This document shows, one piece after another, positions 21,475 through 32,504 of a stretch of 64,000 nt of DNA (the stretch's first letter is position 1; each line of letters begins with the position of its first letter). The position numbers and the translations under genes were made by a program. This DNA comes from an uncultured Rivularia sp. (lineage in GTDB: Bacteria > Cyanobacteriota > Cyanobacteriia > Cyanobacteriales > Nostocaceae), in contig OY762007.1 of NCBI GenBank assembly GCA_963665115.1, forward strand, positions 3,520,001 to 3,584,000. Reading direction: 5' to 3'. Under the pieces are notes generated by a model that saw only the letters and a list, made by a program, of their open reading frames with translations, did no database searches and was not told where the DNA came from.

Positions 21475-23667
21475 ATGGAATCTAGAGAATCAGTAGATTT
21501 AGATTTACAAAAATTTTGGTACATAATTAAGCGACGTTGGCTACCAGCTACATTTATATTTACTGTTTCAATTGCAATAGCAACAGTACTAGGTTCTTTG
21601 AAACAGGCAGTTTTTCAAGCTGAAGGTAAGCTTTTAATTAAAAAAGTCAACCAGACTTCTGCTTTGACGGGTTTGGGAGAGCCGATTGGACAGTTAGAAG
21701 GTTTAGATATAAAAAGTAGCCCTATAAATACAGAGATAGAAGTAATTAGTTCCAAACCTATTTTGATTAAAACAATCAAAAACTTAAATCTCAAAGATGA
21801 TGATGGTGTACCGCTACAACCAAAGAAACTTGCAGAACAGATTAATCTGACAGCAATTCCGGCAACTGATGTTTTACAGGTTTCTTATGAAGCTAAAAAT
21901 CCTCAAGAAGCAGGAGCGGTTGTTAATGAGTTGATGAAACTGTATATGGAAAACAATATACAGACAAACAGAGCCGCTGCTGTTGCTGCTGGTGATTTTA
22001 TCGCCAGACAGATACCCGAAACAGAAGCTAATGTCCGTCAAATAGAAGAAGCTTTACGTCGCTTTCAGCAGCAGAATAATGTGATTTCGTTGGGAGAAGA
22101 ATCTAGAACCGCTGTAGAAATCCAGAAAAATTTAGAGACTAAAATAACTGAAACAGAAGTAGCTTTAGCAGAGGTAAATGCTCGCGTACAAAGTCTTAAG
22201 AACAAGGTTGGGATGAATTTTCAGGATGCTATCAATACAGATTCTCTCAAAAGTTCCATTGGGGTACAACAGGTTTTAGATAATTTGCAAAGAGTAGAAC
22301 AAGAGTTAGCATTAGCTCAAACTCGATTTTATCAAACACATCCGACAGTTCAGAGTTTAACAAGCCAAAGAAATGCTCTACAAAGATTATTAAATACGAG
22401 AGTTGCAGAAGTTAGTCAGAATAATCCTAATATAACGACTGCAAATTTACAGATTGGTGAAATAACGCAAAAGTTAACAGAAGACTTGACAAAATCGGAA
22501 GTAGAAAGTGTAGCTCTTAAAAATCGGCTAGATTCTTTATCAGCGGCATTAGCAATTCATCAAAAAAGAATTAATCTTTTACCCCAGTTAGAGCAAGAAG
22601 AAAAAAAATATCAGCGACAATTAGAAACTGCTCGAACAACTAATGAAAATCTTGTAAAAAAGCTCCAAGAAGTAAGAGTTACAGAAAACCAGAATATTGG
22701 TAATGCTCGCATAATTGAACCTGCTTTTGTAACCAAAAAGTCTACCAAATCAACCAAAATTATGTTTGTGATTTTGGGAGGTGCTTTAGGAACTTTAATT
22801 GCAACTGCGATGGTTGTCTTGCTTGAATTAAAAGATAGGTCTGTTAAAACTCTTAAGGAAATCAGAAAGCTATTTGGATATACCTTACTTAGTACTATAC
22901 CTTCCTTGAAAAAGAAATCTTATCTTAATCTCAAAGATACAGACAATAATACTTTACCCGAAATACCTGTAAGAGATAATCCCGATTTACCAATTGCAGA
23001 TGCATATCGGATGCTTCAAGCTAACCTGAAGTTTATTAGTTCTGACAAACCACTACAGGTAATTGTAGTCACAAGTTCAGTTCCTAAAGAAGGTAAGTCA
23101 ACCGTCTCGGCAAATTTAGCAGCTGCGATCGCGCAATTAGGACAAAGAGTATTGCTTGTAGATGCAGATATGCAAAATCCAATACAGCACCATTTATGGG
23201 GTGTAAATAATGTCAAAGGGTTGAGCGATATCATTGTCGGCCAAGTTGAATTTGAAACGGTTGTAAGTGGAGGAATGCTTAGTTTAGATATTTTGCCAGC
23301 AGGAGCAACGACTCCCAATCCTTTGTTCCTTTTAGATTCACGAAAAATGGAAACTTTGATTGATGATTTTAAAAATACCTATGATTTTGTGATTATTGAT
23401 GCACCATCATTAGTGATGAGAGCGGATGCTTTGGCTTTAGGCAAAATGGCTGATGGTGTTTTATTAGTAGCACGTCCGGGAGTACTTACTTCTGGTGATT
23501 CTGCTACAGCTAGAGAAGCTTTAGAACGTTCCGCGCAAAATGTATTGGGTATGGTGGTAAATGGTGTAATTCCAGAAAATGAATCCGATAGCTATTTCTA
23601 TTACGCTAAGAACAACTCTGATAAAGATAGTTCGCATCAAGAAGCTATCAAATCAAAAACATTTTAA
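21475..23667 (+). CDS. wzc: Polysaccharide co-polymerase / BY-kinase (Wzc/GumC family)
   Basis: Two TM segments with a periplasmic coiled coil; Walker A SVPKEGKST; LLVDAD; IIDAP; Tyr-containing tail (SYFYY). Confidence 0.92.
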   Translation: MESRESVDLDLQKFWYIIKRRWLPATFIFTVSIAIATVLGSLKQAVFQAEGKLLIKKVNQTSALTGLGEPIGQLEGLDIKSSPINTEIEVISSKPILIKTIKNLNLKDDDGVPLQPKKLAEQINLTAIPATDVLQVSYEAKNPQEAGAVVNELMKLYMENNIQTNRAAAVAAGDFIARQIPETEANVRQIEEALRRFQQQNNVISLGEESRTAVEIQKNLETKITETEVALAEVNARVQSLKNKVGMNFQDAINTDSLKSSIGVQQVLDNLQRVEQELALAQTRFYQTHPTVQSLTSQRNALQRLLNTRVAEVSQNNPNITTANLQIGEITQKLTEDLTKSEVESVALKNRLDSLSAALAIHQKRINLLPQLEQEEKKYQRQLETARTTNENLVKKLQEVRVTENQNIGNARIIEPAFVTKKSTKSTKIMFVILGGALGTLIATAMVVLLELKDRSVKTLKEIRKLFGYTLLSTIPSLKKKSYLNLKDTDNNTLPEIPVRDNPDLPIADAYRMLQANLKFISSDKPLQVIVVTSSVPKEGKSTVSANLAAAIAQLGQRVLLVDADMQNPIQHHLWGVNNVKGLSDIIVGQVEFETVVSGGMLSLDILPAGATTPNPLFLLDSRKMETLIDDFKNTYDFVIIDAPSLVMRADALALGKMADGVLLVARPGVLTSGDSATAREALERSAQNVLGMVVNGVIPENESDSYFYYAKNNSDKDSSHQEAIKSKTF

Positions 23668-23707
23668 AGAATTAGTTATATCTATCTTTACCGGGTGCAT
23701 TTTATCT

Positions 23708-25147
23708 ATGAAAGGATTACATAAACTGTTAGGAAATTCTTTTTCTTTACTTTTAAATCGCTTAGCTCAGAGTATTACAACTTTTATATTAGCTGCATCG
23801 ATTGCTAGAATTTTGGGAGCTTATGAACTGGGGCAATATATGCTTGCCTTTAGTTTTTATTATGTCTTTATGACTTTGGCTTCCCAAGGATTCAAAACAC
23901 TATTTACAAGAGAACTTGCACGAAATCCTCTAGAAACCCCATCTTATTTAGTTAGTGGTACTTTTTTACAGCTTTTATTTAGCATCATCGCTTATGCAGT
24001 AATGGTGCTTGTGGTATACACTCTTCCTTACAATCAAAATACTTCGATAGTTTGCTACATTTTAGGTTTATCTATCATCCCATTTTCTCTTTCTAACGTT
24101 ACTGAAGCTATCTTTCAAGCAGAAGAGAAGATGCACTTGATTGCTGTTAGTACGGTACCTGTTTACATTGTGCGTGTAATTGCGATTATTTGGGCTATGA
24201 ATCTGAAATATGATATTGCCACTGTTTCAGCAATCATGGTGACTTCGGAATGTTTAATATTTTTAATTGAATGGTGTCTAATAACGCAATTTGTTAAATT
24301 TGAATGGCGATTGAATTGGAAGTTTATGTTGAATACCACCAAGGCTTCTGGTTCATTTATAGTTATTGAAGGTATATCTGTCCTAGGTTATAGGCTTCAG
24401 GTTTTTATTCTTTCTTTATTAGGTGGTGAATTAGTTGTAGGACTATATGGTGCAGTTTTACAATTAATGCAGCCTTTTCAAATTATTTCTCACAGTGTTG
24501 TTTTGGCTGTCTTTCCTAAAATGTCTAAAGCCATTGACTCTGGAAAAGACAGTCAGCGTCAAATTACGCAAATCACGATAGAAATATTATTAATGGTTGC
24601 TTTACCTTTACTTCTCGGAATTGTCTTTTTTGGTAAAGAATTACTTATTCTACTCTATCACGAAGAAAGTTTTGTTGAAGCACAATTTGCTCTGAATATA
24701 TTTGCTATTGGTTTAATCTCTTCATCATTTATTAGACCACTGAGTTACTTATTAGTCGCAAATGGGTTTGAAAAAGTTAATCTTTGGCAAGTATTCATTA
24801 CCACTATCTTAAATTGTCTAATAAGTATAGTACTTGTTTCCCAATACAAGTTAAATGGTGCAGCAATCACAGTAATATTTACCGATTACGTAGCTTTATT
24901 AATTTATTATGTTGAGTCTTCTCGACGACTATTTAGATTAAATTTATGGTCTATAATTTTTCGCCCTCTGATAGTAGCTGTTTCAATGTTGCCTATTTTT
25001 ATAATTTTAGAAAAAATAGATTTAAATATTTTATCCGTTTTGATAATATCTAGTTTTATTTATTTTATAATTATTGGAGTTTTAGGACTTTATACAGTTC
25101 TATATTCAAATGATGAACGGGCAAAATTATTATTTAAAAGAAAATAA
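23708..25147 (+). CDS. wzx: Polysaccharide flippase (Wzx)
   Basis: Multi-TM protein; ARILGAYELGQY, VVGLYGA and GAAIT motifs. Start set at ATG 23708. Confidence 0.88.
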   Translation: MKGLHKLLGNSFSLLLNRLAQSITTFILAASIARILGAYELGQYMLAFSFYYVFMTLASQGFKTLFTRELARNPLETPSYLVSGTFLQLLFSIIAYAVMVLVVYTLPYNQNTSIVCYILGLSIIPFSLSNVTEAIFQAEEKMHLIAVSTVPVYIVRVIAIIWAMNLKYDIATVSAIMVTSECLIFLIEWCLITQFVKFEWRLNWKFMLNTTKASGSFIVIEGISVLGYRLQVFILSLLGGELVVGLYGAVLQLMQPFQIISHSVVLAVFPKMSKAIDSGKDSQRQITQITIEILLMVALPLLLGIVFFGKELLILLYHEESFVEAQFALNIFAIGLISSSFIRPLSYLLVANGFEKVNLWQVFITTILNCLISIVLVSQYKLNGAAITVIFTDYVALLIYYVESSRRLFRLNLWSIIFRPLIVAVSMLPIFIILEKIDLNILSVLIISSFIYFIIIGVLGLYTVLYSNDERAKLLFKRK

Positions 25148-25189
25148 GATGAACACTAATTTTTTCGCTTTTATAGAAAAGGTAAAATT

Positions 25190-26152
25190 ATGAATCCAGA
25201 AGTATCTGTAATTATTCTTGCTTACAATACTGAAGAATATGTTGCACAAGCAATAGATTCTGCATTAAGACAAACTCAAGAAAACATTGAAGTTATAGTC
25301 GTTGATGATTGCTCTACAGATAAAACCTTAGAAATTGTCAAAAGCTTTTCCGATCGCCGCGTTAAAGTTATAGCTAATCAGCAAAATCAGGGGCAAAACT
25401 TTTGTACAAATTTAGCAATAAAGGAAGCCCAAGGAAACTGGATAACTCGACTTGATTCAGATGATTGGTATGCACCCGATAGATTAGAACAACTATTAAA
25501 GATTGCCTATTCGCAAAATATAGACATGATTGCTGATGACATATATTTTATTCAAGATGGAAAAGCCGTTCCCTGGAGTACATTATTAGTTCAAAGTAAA
25601 TTCAAAATCAAGGATAACACCATAATTTCTCCCGTATCTTTTGTTGAAAAAGATGTACCTGGAATCTGGGGTTTACCTTTAGGTTTAACTAAGCCATTAA
25701 TTAAAAGAGATTTTATTATTAGACATGATATTCAAAATCAAGAAAACATTTTAATTGGTGGAGACTTTTGGTTATATCTAACTTGTTTAGCGCATGGAGC
25801 AAAGTTTTTATTAGTACCAAAACCTTACTATTTTTATCGTTCCCGTCATGGTTCATCAGTTACGCAAAGTAAAATCAAGAGAATTGAGGCATACTGTGAA
25901 GCAACAGAATATTATTTAAAACAGGATTACATTAAAAATAATCAAAAATTACTAGCTGCTTTACAGAAGCGTTTAGTTTTAATTGACAAAACTAAACCAT
26001 ATTTCCAAGTAGTGGATTCTCTAAAACAAGCGGATTATTTAAAAGCTTTAGACAAAATGAGAAATAATCCTTATTTCTTTTGTCATTTTTCTACACAATT
26101 ACCAAGAATAATACATCGTAGATTATCTTTATACTTTAATCAAATAAGTTAA
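25190..26152 (+). CDS. Glycosyltransferase family 2
   Basis: VSVIILAYN, VVDDCSTD and LDSDD motifs. Confidence 0.92.
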   Translation: MNPEVSVIILAYNTEEYVAQAIDSALRQTQENIEVIVVDDCSTDKTLEIVKSFSDRRVKVIANQQNQGQNFCTNLAIKEAQGNWITRLDSDDWYAPDRLEQLLKIAYSQNIDMIADDIYFIQDGKAVPWSTLLVQSKFKIKDNTIISPVSFVEKDVPGIWGLPLGLTKPLIKRDFIIRHDIQNQENILIGGDFWLYLTCLAHGAKFLLVPKPYYFYRSRHGSSVTQSKIKRIEAYCEATEYYLKQDYIKNNQKLLAALQKRLVLIDKTKPYFQVVDSLKQADYLKALDKMRNNPYFFCHFSTQLPRIIHRRLSLYFNQIS

Positions 26153-26215
26153 AATAAGTCTAGCTAATTATATTTTTTTAAGGTCATAATTTAATTTAGG
26201 GAATAAACAGAAAAC

Positions 26216-27322
26216 ATGAAAGTAGCTTTATTACATTTTTGCTTCTACGAATACACCGTTCAATTAGCTAACGCTTTAGCCGCCATAAATATTGATTTAA
26301 CTTTAATTCACCCCGAACAGTTAACCTCACAAATTCAAGGTTTGCTCGATCCACGAATTAAAGTAATTACTTTCAATAAATATCGCATTCGTAACCCGCG
26401 TAATTTATCCGCGATGGGTAAATTAATGAATATTCTCCGTAAAATAGAGCCTGATGTATTACACGTTCAGGAAACAAACGATCCTTGGTACGATTTTACA
26501 TTGTTGCTCAATAAAATGCCTCCCTTAGTAACGACTATTCACGATGTATTTCGTCATCCTGGAGACAAAGATAACGTTATCGGTTCGGAATATACTCGAC
26601 AGATTGCATTTTGGCGATCGCAACAGTTAATAGTTCACGCAAATTTGCTCAAAGATGCTTTGGTTGAGGAGTTTGCAGTCCCGAAACAAAGGGTATGCAT
26701 TCTTCCACATGGAGAGTTGGGAAGTTTATATCAACGATTGGCTAAAAACAATAATACAGTCAGAGAACCATATACTCTTTTGTTTTACGGGCGCATTTGG
26801 GCTTACAAAGGTTTAAGTTACCTGCTTGAAGCAATGCCATCAATAATAGAACGCTTTCCTGAAGTTAAATTGATTATTGCAGGAAAGGGAGACAAATTAA
26901 AACAATATTTTCCCGATGGCTGCGATGAAAAGCATTATGAACTTATTAATCGTTACATTCCATCAGAAGATGTTGCAGGTCTTTTTCAACGTAGTACGGC
27001 AGTAATTTTACCTTATATAGAAGCATCTCAAAGCGGTGTTGCATCTCTGGCTTATGCAATGGGTACCCCTGTTATTGCTTGTGAAATCGGTGGTTTAGCT
27101 GAAATGATTTATTCAGAGCAAGATGGATTATTAGTTCCTCCTAGAGATGCTTCTGCCTTGGCTGATGCAATTATTCGTTTGTTGAGCGATAGTAACTTAC
27201 AACATCAGATACAAACAGCAGCACTATATCGCTGTAAAGATGATTTGAACTGGTTAAATATTGCTACTCAAACTATTGAGATTTATCGTAAAGCAATTTA
27301 TCTCAAAAATACTTGTCGGTGA
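26216..27322 (+). CDS. Glycosyltransferase family 4
   Basis: VTTIHD, YGRIWAYKGL and ASQSGVASLAYAMGTPVI motifs. Confidence 0.9.
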   Translation: MKVALLHFCFYEYTVQLANALAAINIDLTLIHPEQLTSQIQGLLDPRIKVITFNKYRIRNPRNLSAMGKLMNILRKIEPDVLHVQETNDPWYDFTLLLNKMPPLVTTIHDVFRHPGDKDNVIGSEYTRQIAFWRSQQLIVHANLLKDALVEEFAVPKQRVCILPHGELGSLYQRLAKNNNTVREPYTLLFYGRIWAYKGLSYLLEAMPSIIERFPEVKLIIAGKGDKLKQYFPDGCDEKHYELINRYIPSEDVAGLFQRSTAVILPYIEASQSGVASLAYAMGTPVIACEIGGLAEMIYSEQDGLLVPPRDASALADAIIRLLSDSNLQHQIQTAALYRCKDDLNWLNIATQTIEIYRKAIYLKNTCR

Positions 27323-27327
27323 AATTA

Positions 27328-28611
27328 ATGAAAAAACTTTTATTATTTACCGAGGAAGCATTTACAGTTGTATCTTTACTACTTTATTCGGGAGGTCCGT
27401 TAACCGTAATTTTATCTGGTGGAGCAAACGAAGGTGATGATTCTGGAGAAACGAATACTTCTTTAATTTTAGTTTTATTCTTCTTCAATTATTTGGTAAC
27501 TCTTTTTCTACTTGTACTCAGATGGAAAAAGGTTATGCAGGTAATGAAGAAAGAAAAAATTATTTTCTTATTAGTAGGAATTGCTGTCTTTTCTTTCGTA
27601 TGGTCTTCTCTTCCTAAAAAAACTTTAACTAGAGGAATTGCCATAGTTGGAACTAGCCTGTTTGGATTATATTTAGCTTCACGCTACACCATTAAAGAAC
27701 AGTTAAAACTCTTAGGTTGGATGTATGGAATTGCTGTGATACTCAGCTTTTTATTTATCGGAGCATTACCGCAGTATGGAATTATGGGTGGGATTCATCA
27801 AGGAAAATGGCGAGGTATCTACAACCATAAAAATACTCTTGGCAAAGTTATTGTTCCAGGAATTGCCGTCTTTTTACTGTTGGCTTCTAGTTCAAAAAAA
27901 TATAGTTGGCTGTTCTGGATGGCTTTTAGTTTAGCTTTTATCCTTTTATTACGTTCCGGCTCGACAAGTTCTTTACTTAATGGAGTAACTTTAATAGCTG
28001 CATCTATATCTTTCCGAGTTTTTCGCTGGCAAGATAATCTGATGGTGCCTAGCACAATTGCAATCGGGAGTTTCGGCGCAATTTTTTATGTAGTTGTTTC
28101 CGTTGCGACAGAAGCCATCCTCAAAGCACTTGGTAAAGATACCACCCTTACTGGCCGTGGAGATATGTGGCCCTATATATTTGAAATGATCGGACAAAAA
28201 CCCATCTTAGGCTATGGATATGGTGCGTTTTGGTCTGGTCCAGATACTCCTTCTTTCTATATTTGGCGGGCAACTGGTTGGACTCCTCCTAATTCCCATA
28301 ATGGCTTTTTAGATCTGTGGTTGCAAATAGGTTTAATCGGCTTATTAATATATATATTTGGATTTTTAGCTGTAACTTTACCAAAGGCATTCTATTGGCT
28401 GCGAGCTACCAAAACATCTGATGGATTTTGGCCTTTGACATATATAACTTATATGTTTTTAGCAAATATCAGTGAAACTACCTTGATGATTCAAAACGAT
28501 CTATTTTGGGTCATTTATGTAGCAATTGCTTTTTCCGTCCAAATGCCACTAGAAACTGACAAGCCAAAGTGTATAAACGGCTTAAGTATTGTTTCTAGGA
28601 ATTATATTTAA
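27328..28611 (+). CDS. wzy: Wzy polymerase / O-antigen ligase family (ExoQ-like)
   Basis: Multi-TM; HKNTLG, TLTGR, GYGYGAFW and HNGFLDL motifs. Confidence 0.85.
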   Translation: MKKLLLFTEEAFTVVSLLLYSGGPLTVILSGGANEGDDSGETNTSLILVLFFFNYLVTLFLLVLRWKKVMQVMKKEKIIFLLVGIAVFSFVWSSLPKKTLTRGIAIVGTSLFGLYLASRYTIKEQLKLLGWMYGIAVILSFLFIGALPQYGIMGGIHQGKWRGIYNHKNTLGKVIVPGIAVFLLLASSSKKYSWLFWMAFSLAFILLLRSGSTSSLLNGVTLIAASISFRVFRWQDNLMVPSTIAIGSFGAIFYVVVSVATEAILKALGKDTTLTGRGDMWPYIFEMIGQKPILGYGYGAFWSGPDTPSFYIWRATGWTPPNSHNGFLDLWLQIGLIGLLIYIFGFLAVTLPKAFYWLRATKTSDGFWPLTYITYMFLANISETTLMIQNDLFWVIYVAIAFSVQMPLETDKPKCINGLSIVSRNYI

Positions 28612-28714
28612 AGAATTAATATTTTAAGTATATTTTCTACAGGGTTAAAATAATATTTTTGTTAAAAAAAGAGATATATAAGACAATCAGAGCATCTTCC
28701 ATATACTATATATT

Positions 28715-31700
28715 ATGTTTAAACAAAATTTAGAATATTGGCAAAATAAACTTAGTACACTACCAGTTTTAGAACTAATCACAGATAATTTAAGAAGCTC
28801 AAATCAAAATTATCGCGTTGGCATAGAAACTTTTGTTTTCACTCAAGAACTCTGCAAATCAGTAAAAAATATTAATAAAAGTTCTGATGCCAATCTATTT
28901 ATAACATTATTAACAGCATTCAAATGCCTGCTTTATAAATATACTGTTCAAGAAGACATTATTGTTGGTTCCTATATTCCAACAACTGATAATATAGATT
29001 TCAATACATTAGCTTTCAGAAGTGGTGTATCGGGAGATATATCATTTATTGAATTATTAGAGCAAGTGAATCAAGTAGTAAGCGAGGATTTGAAATATAA
29101 GGATTTTTCTTGGAATAAACTAGTAGAAAAATTATCCGCTACAGATACTCAAAATGATTCGGGCATTTTTCAAGTAATGTTTAGCTTGCAAGATGCTCAT
29201 GGGACAAATACACCATTACCGATTAACGTTGATGAGTTTCAATCTGATTTGGCATTCTTCGTAGTTGAATCATCGGAAGGCTTGAAAGGAACTTTAGCAT
29301 ACAATCAAGAACTATTTGAACCACAAACGATCGAGCGGTTGATTGGTCATTTTGAGAATTTACTTGCTTCTGCTGTTGAGAATCCTTCATCAAAAGTCAA
29401 TGAACTACAAATATTAAGCAAAGTAGAACGCGATAAAATTTTAATTGAATGGAATCAAACAGCAATTGATTACCCAAAAGATAAATGCATTCATCAACTT
29501 TTTGAACAACAAGCAGCCAAAACACCTGATGCCTTCGCGGTAATATTCGATCGCGAGAAACTCACTTATCAAGAGTTAGATAATCGTGCAAATCAGCTTG
29601 CAAATTATCTACAAACTTTAGGAGTAAAGCCAGATACTAAGGTAGGTATTTGCATCGATCGTTGTTTAGAGATGATGGTGGGAATATTAGGAATACTCAA
29701 AGCAGGTGGCGCTTATATACCCTTAGATCCAGCTTATCCTCAAGAGCGTTTATCTCATATGTTGGATGATTCTGGGGTATCGGTTTTATTAACAAAGGAG
29801 AATTTAATATCCGAGCTACCAGAAAATAATGCTCTTCAAATTTGTTTAGATAAAGACTGGGATAATTTGATTGCTCCTCAAAGCCAACAAGCTCCCGATA
29901 GCGATGTCAAGCCAAATAATTTAGCTTATGTAATCTACACCTCTGGCTCTACTGGTAAATCGAAAGGAGTTGCGATCGAACATAATTCTCTAGTTAATTT
30001 TACGACTACAGCGACTAGAGAATATGGAATAAATAGTCAGGATCGGGTTCTGCAATTTGCATCAATTAGTTTTGATATTGCGGTAGAGGAAATGTATCCC
30101 TGCTTAACTAGTGGTGCGACTTTAATATTACGAACCGATGATTTTTTAACTAAAGGTTCCGGAATGCTGGAAAAATGTCGTGAATGGGAACTAACAGTAT
30201 TAGATTTACCTACTGCATACTGGCATCAATTAGCTTCTGATTTAGCAACCGGGGAATGGGTTGCACCTCCTTCGTTACGATTAGTAATTATCGGTGGAGA
30301 AGCGGTAATTCCAGAAAAAGTAAAAACATGGCAAACATCTTTTAAGGATAATCAATATCCAGAATTAATCAACACTTATGGGCCAACCGAAGCAACTGTA
30401 GTCGTTACTAAATGCAAGCTATCTGAGTCGATTCATTCTGAGAATGGGCTGACAGGAATGACCATAGGAAAGCCTTTTGATAACGTCAAAATCTATATTT
30501 TAGATAGTTGTTTAAATCCCGTTCCTATAGGAGTTCCTGGAGAGTTACATATTGGTGGCGTATGTTTAGCACGTGGTTATCTTAACAGACCAGAATTAAC
30601 CGCTCAAAAGTTTATTCAAGATCCATTTAATCCGGGAATGAGAATGTATAAAACCGGAGATTTAGCTCGTTTCCTCCCTGACGGTAATATTGAGTTTCTC
30701 GGACGTATCGACCATCAAGTAAAGATTCGCGGTTTTAGGATTGAGTTAGGAGAAATAGAAACCGTTCTTAACCAATATCCTGCTGTTAAAGAAGCTGTTG
30801 TTATTCCTCAAGAATACGAAGCAGGGGACAAACGTTTAATCGCTTATATCGTTCCTAGAAATGAACCACCTACAACCCAAGAATTAAAAGATTTTCTTGG
30901 AAGCAGGCTACCCGAATACATGGTACCGTCGGCGTTTGTGATTTTAGACGCTTTACCTTTAACCCCAAATGATAAAGTAGATCGTAAGGCTCTTCCCAGA
31001 CCTGATAAAACAAACCTATGTTTAGAACAAGAGTATATTTCACCTAATAACCATGTTGAGCAGAAATTAGTTATTCTTTGGGAACAAGCTTTCCGCATTC
31101 AGCCAATTGGAATTAAAGATGACTTCTTTTCCTTGGGTGGTAATTCGTTGATGGCTACATCTATGGTGGCAGAAATTGAACAGGTTTTTGATAAAAAACT
31201 TTCTCAAGGTATCTTCTTTGAAGCATCCACTATTCAAGAATTGGCTGAAATTATCTCTCAAGAAGAAGCTGTCAGCGAAAATATAATTAGAATTAATCAT
31301 AATGGTACAAGAACACCTTTATTTATCGTTGCAAACAACGGTTTTTTGTATCAGCAAATAATAGATAATTTAAATACAGAACAGCCAGTATATATCATAC
31401 AGGAACCGCTAAACAAAGCTCCAGTAATGGCATCACGCTGTATTCAGCAAATACGCGATATTCAGCCACAAGGACCTTATAATTTAATGGGTCATTCTTA
31501 TGAAGGTTTGGTTACTTACGAAATAGCCCAGCAATTATATGCAGAAAACGAACAAGTCACTTTCTTGGGTTTGCTTGATACTCCTACACCAGAAGTAGAA
31601 AATAGAGCAGAAGAAGCTAGATTATTGTTCAAACGTTGTCAACGACTAAAAGTAGTTTTAGGTTTTTCTTGGAAAGACAAAACCAGCTTTTTTAAGGAAC

Positions 31701-31972
31701 GGATAGAATACAAACTTAGCGAATCATTTCAACCTTTAATGCCAACCCTTGATAAATTCATGAATGAATACGAGATTAAACCTTTACTGGGTAAAATAAA
31801 TATTTTCGTAGCCGTATATGAGTTTTATGGACTTGAAGATGCTAATTTTGGTTGGGATAAATGGGCTACTGAAGTAGAAATATATAAAATTCCCGGTACT
31901 CATCGCTCTATGTTATTAAAGCCAGAGAATGCCAAACTGTTAGCTCAGCAACTTAGTGCTTGTTTGAAATAA
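28715..31972 (+). CDS. Stand-alone NRPS-like enzyme: truncated C, adenylation, PCP and thioesterase domains
   Basis: A-domain cores YVIYTSGSTGKSKG, NTYGPTE, GELHIGG, YKTGDL, QVKIRGFRIELGEIE; PCP DFFSLGGNSL; TE GHSYEG...LLD...GTH. The N-terminal ~240 aa match only the second half of a C domain (no HHxxxDG). Confidence 0.93.
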   Translation: MFKQNLEYWQNKLSTLPVLELITDNLRSSNQNYRVGIETFVFTQELCKSVKNINKSSDANLFITLLTAFKCLLYKYTVQEDIIVGSYIPTTDNIDFNTLAFRSGVSGDISFIELLEQVNQVVSEDLKYKDFSWNKLVEKLSATDTQNDSGIFQVMFSLQDAHGTNTPLPINVDEFQSDLAFFVVESSEGLKGTLAYNQELFEPQTIERLIGHFENLLASAVENPSSKVNELQILSKVERDKILIEWNQTAIDYPKDKCIHQLFEQQAAKTPDAFAVIFDREKLTYQELDNRANQLANYLQTLGVKPDTKVGICIDRCLEMMVGILGILKAGGAYIPLDPAYPQERLSHMLDDSGVSVLLTKENLISELPENNALQICLDKDWDNLIAPQSQQAPDSDVKPNNLAYVIYTSGSTGKSKGVAIEHNSLVNFTTTATREYGINSQDRVLQFASISFDIAVEEMYPCLTSGATLILRTDDFLTKGSGMLEKCREWELTVLDLPTAYWHQLASDLATGEWVAPPSLRLVIIGGEAVIPEKVKTWQTSFKDNQYPELINTYGPTEATVVVTKCKLSESIHSENGLTGMTIGKPFDNVKIYILDSCLNPVPIGVPGELHIGGVCLARGYLNRPELTAQKFIQDPFNPGMRMYKTGDLARFLPDGNIEFLGRIDHQVKIRGFRIELGEIETVLNQYPAVKEAVVIPQEYEAGDKRLIAYIVPRNEPPTTQELKDFLGSRLPEYMVPSAFVILDALPLTPNDKVDRKALPRPDKTNLCLEQEYISPNNHVEQKLVILWEQAFRIQPIGIKDDFFSLGGNSLMATSMVAEIEQVFDKKLSQGIFFEASTIQELAEIISQEEAVSENIIRINHNGTRTPLFIVANNGFLYQQIIDNLNTEQPVYIIQEPLNKAPVMASRCIQQIRDIQPQGPYNLMGHSYEGLVTYEIAQQLYAENEQVTFLGLLDTPTPEVENRAEEARLLFKRCQRLKVVLGFSWKDKTSFFKERIEYKLSESFQPLMPTLDKFMNEYEIKPLLGKINIFVAVYEFYGLEDANFGWDKWATEVEIYKIPGTHRSMLLKPENAKLLAQQLSACLK

Positions 31973-32168
31973 AAGTTCTAAGCGCCGGCTTTAACCCTTT
32001 TTATCTTGTAAAAGAATCGTTAAATAGGGCTTTTCGCTTGATTCCAAAACATCCAAAACCTCACTCTCGGTACTTTTCGGACAGGATGAGGTGGAATTTG
32101 TACTGCTTAAAAGTAAAAAATCAGTATATTACGTATTTACCGCTGGTTATCCAATAATTTTTATTTAT

Positions 32169-32268
32169 TAGAACTTACGCACTCGAAGATTAAAAATCGC
32201 TGTAATTGTCTGTTCCCCGTTCCCTGTAGCCCGAAACCTTGATTTTTGGTTTTACTGCGTAAGTCCTA
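32169..32268. mobile_element. MITE with TAG(G/A)ACTTACGCA terminal inverted repeats
   Basis: TAGAACTTACGCA...TGCGTAAGTCCTA, 100 bp, non-coding. Confidence 0.7.
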
Positions 32269-32504
32269 TCTATTCTAAATTCTAACTTAAAGCAAATATA
32301 AATTAAGGGAAAAACCGATTTTGTCTAAATATAATTTTATATTCAATTGTGTAATTACTCTGATGCCAACAGATATATTTTTTTTTATTGTTAGAGAATA
32401 ATAAATTTAATTAAATTCTCCGGATTTAATAACAGGAAAATATTGTACAAAAAGAGACGTTTTTTTTATTCATTTTTTAGTTAATTTTTTAATATCAGGG
32501 ACAC

